Below are positions 37,190 through 47,400 of a DNA stretch of 60,553 bases, piece by piece (the stretch's first letter is position 1; each line of letters opens with the position of its first letter). The DNA comes from Thermoplasmata archaeon. GTDB taxonomy: Archaea; Thermoplasmatota; Thermoplasmata; Lutacidiplasmatales; UBA184. The notes beneath the pieces were generated by a model. It was given only the letters and a program-made list of their open reading frames with translations, was not told where the DNA came from and did not search any database. The translations under genes were made by a program, and so were the position numbers. Location: positions 96,695-157,247 of the forward strand of contig JAKIVU010000001.1 in NCBI GenBank assembly GCA_022750375.1, written 5' to 3'.

Positions 37190-38972
37190 GCTCGCCGGCG
37201 CGTACGCGCGCCTGGAAGCAACTCCGAAGCGCCTCGAGATGCGCTCGATCCTGGTCGAACTGATCAAACCGATCCGGCCTCCGGACCTCGCGCACGTGCT
37301 CTACCTGTCGCAGGGCATGCTCCGACCCGAGTACGAAGGCGTGGAGCTCGGGGTCGCCGACTCCCTCGCCCGACGGGCCGTCGCGACGGCGACCGGGACC
37401 GACGAGACCGCGGTCGCGGCACGGACGAAGGCCTCCGGCGACCTGGGGATGACCGCCGCGGAACTCTTGGAGGCGGCCCATCGCGCCGAGACGGACCACC
37501 CCCTCACCGTCGCCTCCGTGTATCGGGAGCTGACGACGATCGCGGAGGCGAAGGGCGCGGGTTCGCAGGACGTCAAGGTCCAGACCCTCGTCGACCTCCT
37601 CTCGCGCGCCACCCCGCTCGAAGGGAAGTTCCTCATCCGGTTCGTCCTCGGAACGCTTCGGGTCGGGGTCCGCGAGATGACGATCCTGGACGCCCTCTCC
37701 CAGGCGTTCGCCGACGGGACGAAGCCGACCCGCCTTCGGATCGAAGCGGCTTACAACCTCTCAAGCGACCTCGGACTCGTGGCGGGAGCGCTCGTCGAAC
37801 ACGGGCTCGACGGCCTCGACGCGATCGGACTCGAGGTCGGACGACCGATCCGGCCGATGCTCGCGGAACGCGAGCCGACGCTCGCCGCGGTCCTCGAGCG
37901 GATGGGCGGCACCGCCGCGCTCGAGTACAAGTACGACGGCCTGCGGGTCCAGGCCCACGTTGCGAAGGACGGCACCGTCCGCCTCTTCTCGCGCCGTCTC
38001 GAGGAGCTCAGCTTGCAGTTCCCTGAGCTCGTCGCCGACCTCCCGAAGGCGCTGCGTCGGTTGCCGGCGATCGTCGAGGGCGAGTGCGTCCCGATCGACG
38101 CGGACACGGGCGAGATCCAGCCGTTCCAGCTCGTTTCCCGGCGGCGAGGACGGAAGCACGACCTCGACACCGCCCCGACGGAACTGCCCGTCTGCCTCTA
38201 CCTGTTCGACGTGCTCATGGCGTCGGGGAAGGCGACGTACTCCGAGCCGTTCCCGGCGCGACGCACGCTCCTCGAGTCGATGCTCACCCCGAACGACCAC
38301 GTGGGGCTCGCCACGCAGCGGATCGTGACGAACGAGGAGGAGGCCGCGACGTTCCTCGATGCGGCGATCGCGGCGGGCGGCGAGGGCGTGATGGCGAAGT
38401 CGGTGAAGGAGGGCAGCGCCTACCGCGCCGGTGCGCGCGGCTACTGGTGGATCAAGTACAAGCGCGATTACACGGTCGGGCTCGCCGACTCGATCGACGG
38501 GGTCGTCGTCGGCGCGTTCCAGGGTCGCGGGCGACGCGCCGGCCGGTACGGCGCCTTCCTGCTGGCCGTCTACAACCCGAAGCGGGACCGGTTCGAGACG
38601 TTCTGCAAGGTGGGGAGTGGATTCGACGACGCGCAGCTCGCGGAGATGCCGAAGCGGCTCGCGAAGTTCGAGAGCGAGACGCCTCCCCCCGAGGTCGAGA
38701 CGGAGATCGTGCCCGACCGGTGGATGCGACCCGGCCTCGTCCTCGAGGTGCGAGGCGCGGAACTGACCGTGAGCCCGATCCACCGGGCCGAGCAGGGGGC
38801 CGTGCGACCGGGCGCAGGGCTCGCGCTCCGGTTCCCGCGGTTCACGGGTCGCATCCGCGACGACAAGGGACCCACGGAAGCCACGACGTCCCAGGAACTC
38901 CTCGAGATGTACCGTCTTCAGGTGCGACAGGAAGCGACGCCCGACGCGGAGAAGGGCGACGACGCCGGATAA
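37176..38972 (+). CDS. lig: ATP-dependent DNA ligase
   Basis: EYKYDGLRVQAH (motif I), EGVMAK, WIKYKRDY, ALRFPRF. Confidence 0.96.
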   Translation: MRFAELAGAYARLEATPKRLEMRSILVELIKPIRPPDLAHVLYLSQGMLRPEYEGVELGVADSLARRAVATATGTDETAVAARTKASGDLGMTAAELLEAAHRAETDHPLTVASVYRELTTIAEAKGAGSQDVKVQTLVDLLSRATPLEGKFLIRFVLGTLRVGVREMTILDALSQAFADGTKPTRLRIEAAYNLSSDLGLVAGALVEHGLDGLDAIGLEVGRPIRPMLAEREPTLAAVLERMGGTAALEYKYDGLRVQAHVAKDGTVRLFSRRLEELSLQFPELVADLPKALRRLPAIVEGECVPIDADTGEIQPFQLVSRRRGRKHDLDTAPTELPVCLYLFDVLMASGKATYSEPFPARRTLLESMLTPNDHVGLATQRIVTNEEEAATFLDAAIAAGGEGVMAKSVKEGSAYRAGARGYWWIKYKRDYTVGLADSIDGVVVGAFQGRGRRAGRYGAFLLAVYNPKRDRFETFCKVGSGFDDAQLAEMPKRLAKFESETPPPEVETEIVPDRWMRPGLVLEVRGAELTVSPIHRAEQGAVRPGAGLALRFPRFTGRIRDDKGPTEATTSQELLEMYRLQVRQEATPDAEKGDDAG

Positions 38973-39065
38973 CCGCCGGAGCCCCGGATCGCCCCGACCC
39001 CCGGCTCCCGTCCGCCCAAAGACATAAGAAGGGTCGACCCCGTCGCCGACGTACGGGAACCCGCT

Positions 39066-39365
39066 ATGCTCGTCGAGATGACCGAACTCCTGGGACGGCA
39101 GATCTACACCCCCGACGGCCGACTGTTGGGCGAAGTCGACAACGTGATCGTGGACGTGGACTCTTCGAAGGTCGACGGCCTGTACGTCGACGAGACGAGC
39201 CCGATGTTAGTCGAGGACTCGCGCCCGACCTCGGTACCGTACCGCTGGGTCTCGGCGGTGAACGACGTGGTTCTGCTGAAGTACTTCCCGAAGCGCGTCT
39301 CGGTGAAGAAAGCCGCCGGACGCCCCGCGAAGGAAGGCGAGCCGGTCGCCCCCACCGCCCGCTAG
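39066..39365 (+). CDS. PRC-barrel domain protein
   Basis: ELLGRQIYTPDG..LGEV.NVIVD...VPYRWVSAVNDVVLL. Confidence 0.85.
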   Translation: MLVEMTELLGRQIYTPDGRLLGEVDNVIVDVDSSKVDGLYVDETSPMLVEDSRPTSVPYRWVSAVNDVVLLKYFPKRVSVKKAAGRPAKEGEPVAPTAR

Positions 39366-39369
39366 AGCT

Positions 39370-39474
39370 GCGGGGATAGCCAAGCTTGGAAACGGCGCAG
39401 GACTTAAACGCCGGGCGACCGGCGAAGAGATCCTGCCGCGAAGGCGTTCGTCGGTTCAAATCCGGCTCCCCGCT
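39370..39474 (+). tRNA. tRNA-Leu(TAA) with a 21-nt intron (39409-39429)
   Basis: Acceptor GCGGGGA/TCCCCGC, D arm GCC..GGC, anticodon stem CAGGA/TCCTG with CT-TAA, long variable arm, T arm GTCGG-TTCAAAT-CCGGC. Intron hairpin GCCGG-GCGA-CCGGC in a relaxed BHB. No encoded CCA. Confidence 0.88.
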
Positions 39475-39537
39475 TCGCCTCCTTTCCCGACGGTGCGGCA
39501 CGACACGGTCAAAGGCGGGACGCACGTCCGTGCCCCG

Positions 39538-40149
39538 ATGCGACGCTCCGAGCTGATCCGCGCGCTCGGCCGGGTGGCGCCTCCCAGCCGCCCACGCGCC
39601 GACCTAGAGCAGGTCGTCTCCCCGCCGGAAGCCGCGGCCGAGCTCTTGTTCAGCGCGCTCGCCGCGGGGGACGTCGAAGGCCGTTCGGTCCTCGACCTCG
39701 GCAGCGGCACCGGCCGGCTCGCGATCGGGGCGGCGCTGCTCGGCGCGGGTCCGGTCGTCGGGGTCGATATGGACCCGGACTCGGTCACTGCCGCGGAAGC
39801 GGCCGCGCGCGCGGAAGGCGTCACGGTCGAATTCGTTGCCGGCGACGTGACTACCTGGGCTCGGCCGGCCGACGTCGTGGTGATGAACCCACCGTTCGGT
39901 GCCCAGCGCGCCCACGCCGACCGGCCGTTCTGGGACGCCGCGTTCCGCCTCGCGCGTCACTCGGTGTACGCCTTCGGCCTCGCCGACTCCCGAACCTTTA
40001 TAGCACGCCGAGCGGTCGCCGCCGAAGCCCACGTCCTTTCGACGCGGCCGGTCGCCTGGGAGTTGCCGCGGACCTTTCCGCACCACACCCGACGACAGGT
40101 GGCGCTCGACGTCGACCTCTGGGCGGTCCGAACGGAGCGAACCCCATGA
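39538..40149 (+). CDS. METTL5-like SAM-dependent N6-adenine (RNA) methyltransferase
   Basis: DLEQ..SP, VLDLGSGTGRLAIGA, VMNPPFG, FPHH. Confidence 0.85.
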   Translation: MRRSELIRALGRVAPPSRPRADLEQVVSPPEAAAELLFSALAAGDVEGRSVLDLGSGTGRLAIGAALLGAGPVVGVDMDPDSVTAAEAAARAEGVTVEFVAGDVTTWARPADVVVMNPPFGAQRAHADRPFWDAAFRLARHSVYAFGLADSRTFIARRAVAAEAHVLSTRPVAWELPRTFPHHTRRQVALDVDLWAVRTERTP

Positions 40150-40739
40150 GCACCCCCTCTCTGCCATCCCTCGTCCTTCCCGGGGATTACCTCGGTGCCG
40201 CCGAGGAGTTCCTCCCCGGCCGCGGTACGTACGAGGACCGCGGACGGATCTACGCCGCCGTCCTGGGCACGCCCCGGCTCGACGTGCAGGACCGCACGGT
40301 GCACATCGTGCCGCGGAACGCGATCCCCGAAGTCGCCGAAGGCGACCTGGTCTACGCAGTCGTGGACGAGCTGAAGACCGCGATGGCGATCTGCACGATC
40401 ATCGCGACCGGCACGAGCCGGCGCACCGTACCGGGCGCTCCCGAAGGGACCGTCCACATCTCGAAGGCGAAGGACGGGTACACCGAATCGCTCTCGACCG
40501 AGTTCGCGGTCGGCGACGTCCTGATCGCGCGCGTGCTGCAGGCCCATCCGTCCGTCAAGCTCACGACCGCCCCGGCGAACCTCGGGGTCGTCTCGGCCCG
40601 CTGTCAGGTCTGCCACGCGCTGCTCACGTCGGGGCCGCACGAGCTCGTCTGCCCCCGGTGCGGCCACCACGAGCATCGGAAGATGGCGCAGGGCGACCTC
40701 TCCTCGAAGCCGGGGCCTAATGGACCCGACCGCGAGTGA
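40146..40739 (+). CDS. csl4: Exosome RNA-binding subunit Csl4
   Basis: VLPGD.L...EEF.PG.GTY, S1 domain (VHIS), LGVV.ARC..C...CPRCG..E.RK Zn ribbon. Confidence 0.93.
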   Translation: MSTPSLPSLVLPGDYLGAAEEFLPGRGTYEDRGRIYAAVLGTPRLDVQDRTVHIVPRNAIPEVAEGDLVYAVVDELKTAMAICTIIATGTSRRTVPGAPEGTVHISKAKDGYTESLSTEFAVGDVLIARVLQAHPSVKLTTAPANLGVVSARCQVCHALLTSGPHELVCPRCGHHEHRKMAQGDLSSKPGPNGPDRE

Positions 40740-41952
40740 AGAGGAGCGCCGCCTTGCGGCGCTCGTCCGCTCCCACGACCGCTGGCGCGGCCGCGACGTC
40801 TTCAATCTCCTCGCGAGCGAGAACGTCGTCTCCCCGACCGCGCGAAAGTACCTTTCGAGCGACCTCGCCGGACGCTACACTCTCCCGCTGACGACCGAGT
40901 TCCACGGAGAGACGATCGACAACAGCTACACCGGCACTCGGTACACCGACCAGATCGAGACGCTCGCGAACGCGGCCGCCGCGCGGCTGTTCCGGGCGAA
41001 GTTCGCGACGACCCGGCCGCTGTCCGGCCACATCGCAGCGCTCTCCGCTCTCGTTCCGCTGCTTCCGCCGAAGGCGAAGATCCTCGCCATCGCCCCGGAC
41101 GAGGGGGGGTACGACGGCTACGCTCCCGGGTTCATCCCGGCCCTGTTCGGTTACACCGTCCGCCCATTGCCCGCGGATGGGCCGGGTCACCGGGTGCAGG
41201 CGTCCGTCGCGGTGGAGACGATCCAGCAGGAGCGCCCCGACGCGGTCGTGCTCGGGCAGAGCTTCTTCCTGTTCCCGTACCCGCTTCGGGAGATCGCGGA
41301 GGCGGCGCACGCAATGAACGCGCTCGTCTTCTACGACGCGTCGCACGTCCTCGGATTGATCGCGGGCGGACAGTTCCAGGACCCCCTGCGGGAGGGAGCG
41401 GACGTCCTCTTCGGGAGCACGCACAAGTCGTTCCCCGGCCCCCAGGGCGGCCTGCTCGTCACCGACCGGGAGGACTTATTCCAGCAACTCGACCCCGCGC
41501 TCGTCTGGCGGATCTTCGACAACGCGCATTGGAACCGGATCGCCGGGCTCGCGCAAACGCTGCTCGAGCTCGAGCGGTGCGGCCGGGAGTACGCGACCAC
41601 GGTCGTCGACGACGCGCGCGCCCTCGGGAAATCACTGAGCGACCTCGGCGTGCCGCTGGTCGGCGCGGACGACGGGTTCACCCGCTCCCACCAGTTGCAT
41701 CTGGACGGCGCGGCGCTTCGGACGTCGGCGAACATCGCACCCGGCGCCCTCGCCCGTCGCCTCGAACGACAACGGCTCCTGATCGACCTGGTGGGCCGTA
41801 TCGGGACGGCCGAGGTCGCGCGACTCGGTCTCACGCCCGCCGACATGCCCCGCCTCGCGGAACTGATCGTCCGCGGGGGTCTGAAGAAGGAGCGCGTCGG
41901 ACGGGAAGTGCTCGCCTGGCGCCGTACCTTCCACGGACTTCGGTTCGTTTAG
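40720..41952 (+). CDS. Serine hydroxymethyltransferase-family PLP enzyme (divergent)
   Basis: NLLASEN, YDASHVLGLIAGG.FQDPL, GSTHKSFPGPQGG (PLP Lys), RIGT; canonical YAEG and GGH motifs altered. Confidence 0.8.
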   Translation: MDPTASEEERRLAALVRSHDRWRGRDVFNLLASENVVSPTARKYLSSDLAGRYTLPLTTEFHGETIDNSYTGTRYTDQIETLANAAAARLFRAKFATTRPLSGHIAALSALVPLLPPKAKILAIAPDEGGYDGYAPGFIPALFGYTVRPLPADGPGHRVQASVAVETIQQERPDAVVLGQSFFLFPYPLREIAEAAHAMNALVFYDASHVLGLIAGGQFQDPLREGADVLFGSTHKSFPGPQGGLLVTDREDLFQQLDPALVWRIFDNAHWNRIAGLAQTLLELERCGREYATTVVDDARALGKSLSDLGVPLVGADDGFTRSHQLHLDGAALRTSANIAPGALARRLERQRLLIDLVGRIGTAEVARLGLTPADMPRLAELIVRGGLKKERVGREVLAWRRTFHGLRFV

Positions 41953-41961
41953 GCCCGTACC

Positions 41962-42507
41962 GTGACCGGCGTCGTCGCGCTGACCGGGACCCCCGGGACC
42001 GGGAAGAGCGTCACCGCGGTGGCCCTCGGCGCCCATTGGCGTACGGTGGAGGTCGCCGACCTCGCCCGACGGTGGGGCGGGGCGCGCTCTTCGGGCCTCG
42101 GGCTCGAGGTCGACCTCGACCGCCTCCGGCGCGCGCTGAGACCGCCGGCCGCCCTCGAGGGCGTGGACATCGTGGTGGGCCACCTCGCCCACTTGCTCCC
42201 GATCCGGGACGTCGTGCTGTTGCGCTGCCACCCCGCCGAACTCGAGCGACGACTGCGGTGCGCCCGGCGGGGCACCGTCTCCGAGCGCCGGGAGAACGTG
42301 CTCGCGGAAGCGACCGACGTCGTGCTGTTCGAATGTGTGTCGTCGCGCCGTCGGATCTGGGAGGTAGACACGACCGGCCGGTCGGTCGAGACCGTGGCGC
42401 GGGAGGTGGTCCGGCGGGTCCGCGCGCGGGGTCCGTCCTCGTACGGAACGGTCGACTGGCTGGCCGACCCCGCGGTGACCGCGCATCTTTTGGACCGGCC
42501 GCGGTAG
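41962..42507 (+). CDS. Putative adenylate kinase (AK6/Fap7-like P-loop kinase)
   Basis: ALTGTPGTGKS, GHLAHLL, VLLRCHP.EL..RL, EN..AE, EVDTTGRS. Confidence 0.85.
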   Translation: MTGVVALTGTPGTGKSVTAVALGAHWRTVEVADLARRWGGARSSGLGLEVDLDRLRRALRPPAALEGVDIVVGHLAHLLPIRDVVLLRCHPAELERRLRCARRGTVSERRENVLAEATDVVLFECVSSRRRIWEVDTTGRSVETVAREVVRRVRARGPSSYGTVDWLADPAVTAHLLDRPR

Positions 42508-42515
42508 GGGCGCCG

Positions 42516-43178
42516 ATGGTACTCGAAGGGTACCGGGCCCGGGTCGCTCCGTACGTCGCCCGTCTCGCCCGACCGTTCCTGGGATGGACACCGAACCAGC
42601 TGAGCTGGCTCGCGCTCGTCCTCGCGGTCGTGGCGGCGGCACTGGCGGCACTCGTTCGCTGGTCGACGCCGCTCCTCTTCCTCCCGGTCGCCGTCCTGAT
42701 CTTCCTCGCCGGACTGTTCGACGTCCTGGACGGAGCCGTAGCACGCACCACGGGGCGCACCTCGGTCCGGGGCGACTTCCTGGACCACGTCATCGACCGG
42801 TACGCCGACCTCGTGATCGTGCTCGGGATCGCGATCTCGGGTTACGCGAACCCGATCCTCGCGTTGCTCGCGCTAGCGAGCCTGTTGCTGACGAGCTACA
42901 TGGGCACGCAGGCCCAGGCCGTGGGACAGGGCCGGAGCTATTCGGGGCTCCTCTCCCGCGCCGACCGTCTGGTCGTCCTCGCGCTCGCCGCCTTCCTCGA
43001 GTTCGACTGGTCGCTGCCGTGGCCGTGGGCCCCGACCGAGCCGTTCAGCCGATTCCACCTCTGGGGGGTCGGCTTCACGGTGATCGACGTCGCCTTCCTT
43101 TACTTTGTCATCGCGGGCCAGTGGACCGCGTTCGCGCGGGCGCTGCGGACGTACCGGGCGTTGCCCCCGACGGGCTGA
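42516..43178 (+). CDS. CDP-alcohol phosphatidyltransferase (archaetidylinositol phosphate synthase-like)
   Basis: TPNQLS, D.LDGAVAR...G.FLDH.IDRYAD signature; multiple TM. Start ATG 42516. Confidence 0.92.
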   Translation: MVLEGYRARVAPYVARLARPFLGWTPNQLSWLALVLAVVAAALAALVRWSTPLLFLPVAVLIFLAGLFDVLDGAVARTTGRTSVRGDFLDHVIDRYADLVIVLGIAISGYANPILALLALASLLLTSYMGTQAQAVGQGRSYSGLLSRADRLVVLALAAFLEFDWSLPWPWAPTEPFSRFHLWGVGFTVIDVAFLYFVIAGQWTAFARALRTYRALPPTG

Positions 43179-44301
43179 GGTCCACGCGGTCGCCGGCTCC
43201 GTCGCGCTCGATGACCTTGCCCCCTTTCGTTCGGTAGTACTGCAGCGGGTGACGAAGCCACTCCTCGAAGCAGAGGGGGTCCCGCGGTCGGTCGGCGGGG
43301 AGGGGGGCCGACGGGTCCCCGTCGCGCACGCACAACCCGTGGCTCCGGAGCGTATCGCACTCCGGAGGACCGTACCCCACGCCGCCGTCGTGGTGCGTGA
43401 TATGCTCGACCTGGTACCGCGTCACGGACTCGTCGAAGTCGGGGGCGCCGCGGTAGGCGTCGACGATCGTTTCGAAGTCGGCGCCGGCCCGGTGGAGGAA
43501 CGCAGCGAGCGCGAAACGGCCCGAGTGCGAGAGGTTCTCCCCCGCCTCCAGCGAGCGTTGCATCTTTCGGATGCAGGGAGGGAACAGGGTCGGCCGAATC
43601 GCTCCGGTCGACGCGGTCCCTCGGGCGACCGGGGCGGGCATCCGGCGCGCGATCGCGTCGAGGAGTTCCGCCTCGCGGTCTCGGACGAGGGCCCGGACGT
43701 CGTCCGCGAGCGGGACCGGGACGCTGAGGCGCCCTCGGACGGCCTCCTGGAGCAGACGAGCGGCGCGATACCGCGCCACGACCACCCATCCGTTGCCGAC
43801 GTCCTGTCGGGCGAGCCGGTAATCCCCTTCCCGGATCGGTACGGCGAGCCGCAGATAATCCACGAGCCGAAGCGCGACACGGTCGTCGGGTCGGGCTTCC
43901 ATGGTGAACCCGAGCCGCTGCGCCACGTCGACGAGCTCGTCGGACGGAACGGTGGAGAGACGCGAGTGGCTTCGCTTCGCCTCCGCGACCGCCCAGCGAC
44001 GGAGTACCGCCGCCGACGGTGCGGCGGCAAGGACGATCTGGTCGAACAGCAGCGACAGGTACCGGACCTCAGGTCCGGCGGCGTCGAGCTCCGCGAGGTT
44101 TTGCGTCGCGCGGGGGTCGTCCGCCGCCGCCAGGACCCGGGCACGTCCGATCGACCGGGCACGCTCGTAGGCCGGGTCCTCGAGCAACGAACGGATCGAC
44201 ACCGGCTCGCCTCCCAGCAGCGATTCGGCGCCGGGAAGGAACGTGTACTCGGCGAACAGCGAGCGTTCGTCGCGCGGCGCCGAACCGTGTCGAGCTGCCA
44301 T
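43108..44301 (-). CDS. priL: DNA primase large subunit
   Basis: FPPCI, NLSHSGRF.LAAFL, PDFDESVTRYQVEHI, Y.PPECDTL...GLC...C...HPL.YY. Confidence 0.93.
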   Translation of the reverse strand: MAARHGSAPRDERSLFAEYTFLPGAESLLGGEPVSIRSLLEDPAYERARSIGRARVLAAADDPRATQNLAELDAAGPEVRYLSLLFDQIVLAAAPSAAVLRRWAVAEAKRSHSRLSTVPSDELVDVAQRLGFTMEARPDDRVALRLVDYLRLAVPIREGDYRLARQDVGNGWVVVARYRAARLLQEAVRGRLSVPVPLADDVRALVRDREAELLDAIARRMPAPVARGTASTGAIRPTLFPPCIRKMQRSLEAGENLSHSGRFALAAFLHRAGADFETIVDAYRGAPDFDESVTRYQVEHITHHDGGVGYGPPECDTLRSHGLCVRDGDPSAPLPADRPRDPLCFEEWLRHPLQYYRTKGGKVIERDGAGDRVDLSPSGATPGTSAAPARTRSTGPR

Positions 44302-44469
44302 GTGGGCTGTTTTCCGCGGTGGACTGCCCGCGCCAGCGAGCCGGACTCCGTGGGTCGCTTTTCCTCGTCCCGCGAGGTCGGGACTCGGTTATAGGGTATC
44401 CCGCGCGAGGATGGGGGGCCGCAAAGGAAGATATGACCTGCGCCCGCTAGGCGACGTTGCGAGGGGGCC

Positions 44470-47400
44470 GTGCGGTCGCAGTTCCACAGCTGTCTACCGA
44501 TTGCCCTCGCGACCGTACTCCTTTTGGGAGCCGTCGTGTCCGCCCCCACCGGACCCGCGGGCCAGGGTGCCGTGACCCCCGTCGGAGGGGCGGTCGCCGC
44601 GCCGGTGACCCCGCAGTTACCGATGGTGTCGCCGGCGACGCGCGGGCCGGTCGAGGTGGCGCCCGGCTTTCAGATGCCGGAGGGGGTCACGCCGCTCGGA
44701 GCGGTGCCGGCCGCGACCCGTCTCTACGTGGCCGTCGGGCTTCCGTCGCGGGACCCAAGCGGCCTGGCCGCGTTCGTCGCGGCGGCTTCGGTCCCCGGGA
44801 GCGCAGGGTACCGTGCCTTCCTGAGCCCGGGGGAGGCCCAGGAGAGATTCGGAGCATCCGCTCAATCGATCTCCGCGGCCCGAGCCTACTTCGCCGGTTT
44901 CGACCTCCCCGCGACCACGAATCCGGACGGCCTCCTGCTATACGTCTCGGGGCCGGCCAGCCGGATCGCGGCGGCGTTCGGAACCGCGTTCGATGCGTAT
45001 CGTTCGACTTCGGGCCGGACCTTCGTGAGCCATCCGACCCCGGCCTCGTTACCGGCGTCCCTGGGGACCAACGGAGTCTTCGGTCTCGGGAACGCGACCC
45101 CCCTCGTGCCATCCACCGTAGAAGTGCCGGGGAACGCGCCGGCCCCCGCCGTCGCCTGCACTGGCCCCGCCGGTGGACTCACTCCCTGCGCGATCGCCCG
45201 CGCATACGACATCACCCCGCTCGAAGCGAACGGTACTGACGGTCACGGCATGGCCATCGCGGTCGTCGACGCCTACGCGTCGAATGAAGGGCAAACTCAG
45301 CTCACGACGGACCTCGCCTCGTTCGCGGCCTCCTCGTCGATCCCGGTCGGCAACGTCAGCTACCTCTACCCGGTCCCTACGTCCGTCGACCTCAATGCCT
45401 CCGGAACGAACATCGACTGGGCGTTCGAGGATGCCCTCGACCTCGAATGGGCCCGCGCCTCCGCTCCCGGCGCCACGGTCGACATGACGTTCTCCCCGAA
45501 TCCGGACGCCGGCCTCTACGACGCCGTCGACTGGCTCGTCTCGGAGGACGCGGTCAACGTCGTGTCGATGAGTTGGGGGGAGCCGGACACGGGCGTCTTC
45601 AACGCGTTCGACCAGCCGTGCAAGACGGCGTGTAACGCCACCACGGACGGTTCCTACGAGATCCTCGATCCGGTGCTCGAGCTCGGCACCGCGGAGGGGA
45701 TGACGTTCTTCGCGGCCTCGGGCGACTGCGGCTCCGCGGACGGGACCTCGGGGGTCGCCACGAACTTTCCGGCGTCGGACCCGTATGTGACCGGCGTCGG
45801 CGGCACTGACCTCACCGTCGGCGTCAACGACAGCTACGCGGCCGAGACCGCCTGGTCGGGGAACGCGACCGGCGCCAGCTCTCCGGGATGCAACAATCAG
45901 GGGGGCTCGGGGGGAGGCTTTGCTCCGTTCCCGGAGCCGTGGTGGCAGTTCGGCATCGCCGACGGAGCGCGCGCCCGCGGCGTCCCGGACGTCGCGATGG
46001 ACGCCGAGAATCCGGTCGCGATCGTCTTCGACGGCGGGGCGACGGGCGTATCCGGAACCAGCGTGGGGACCCCGATCTGGGCGGGGATCGCCGCGCTCGC
46101 CGACCAGTACGCCGGTAAGGGGCTCGGTCTTCTGACCCCCAGCCTCTATGAGATTCTCCGAGGACCATCGTACGCCACGGACTTCCACGACATTACGGCC
46201 GGCAACAACGGGTACGCCGCAGGCCCCGGATGGGACCCCGTGACGGGCATCGGTTCGCCGATCGTGGCCTCGCTCGTTCCGGATCTCGTGCGCGGCGGCG
46301 GTCTCCCTGGCGGGGGTCTGTCGACCACGCTCTACGCCTCGCCGCGAAGCGGCCATGTGCCCCTCGCGGCCTCCTTTGCCGTGAGCGCCTCGGGAGGGAC
46401 CGGGGGATACCCGTTGGAAGGGATCTCGTTCGGCGACGGGGGCTCCGCGTTGGCGAACGGTACCGTCGTGGTGCACACGTACTCGGTGCCGGGCGACTAT
46501 CTCGCCCAATCCTTTGTCGCCGACGACACCGGTAACACTTCGACCTCGCTCCCGGTCCTCGTTACGGTCGGGGGAGGGTCGCTCTCCGTCGCGCTCTCCG
46601 TTTCGAACCCGATCCCCACCGTGCAGGGGTTGGTGACGCTCACAGCGACCGCGATCGGCGGTTCGCCCCCGTACTCCTACCAGTTCTACTTTGGGGACGG
46701 CGGCTCCACGTCGCCCGGCGGCGCGTCGGTCGTTCACGCCTACCAAGTGGTGGGCGGTTTCTGCGCCGAAGTCATCGCGGTCGACTCGGCGAACCCGACG
46801 GACGCGGGCACCAGTCCACGCGTCGCCGTCGCGGTCGGTGGGGCGAGCACCCCGAACTGCGCCGACGGCTCGACCCCGTTCACCGTCGCCGCGAACGAAA
46901 GCGCGCCGGCGCGCGACGCCCCCGCGGACTACGACCAATCGCTGTTCACGACCTCGGGGGGGGCGAGCGCCCCGGACGGCCTGGCGCCGTCGACGAGCCT
47001 CGCCTCGAACGACTCGTACATCGCCGCCTGCGCGTGCGAGATCTTCCGTCACCCCGGCAATTACACCGTGACGGAATGGGCGAACGACACCGTGGACGGC
47101 TCCGCGAATGCGACGCGGAACCTCACCGTCGCCCCGGCGCTCGACGCGACGTTCGCGGCGTCCACCCTTTCCGGTCCCGCGCCGCTCAAGGTCTATTTCT
47201 TCTCCTCCACGAAGGGCGGATTCCTCGCGGACGCGAACCTCACCCACTGGACGTTCGGGAACGGGGGAAGCGCGGTCGGTCACTCGGTCAACGCGACGTA
47301 CTCGATCCCCGGAGAGTACCTCGCCTTCGGACGACTTTCCGACCAGGGCGAGGGGAACGGCAGCGAAGCGTTCCTGATCGACGTGGAACCGGTGAGCACC

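Noticed and set aside
39370-39474. Alternative reading as tRNA-Ser(UGA) through a shifted splice (CU-UGA-GA)
   Set aside because: Acceptor stem, D arm and variable arm are Leu-type, and no BHB geometry supports that splice.
41529-42515. Apparent 549-aa fusion upstream of the CDP-alcohol phosphatidyltransferase
   Set aside because: Out-of-frame overlap with the SHMT-like and kinase genes; the real start is ATG 42516.
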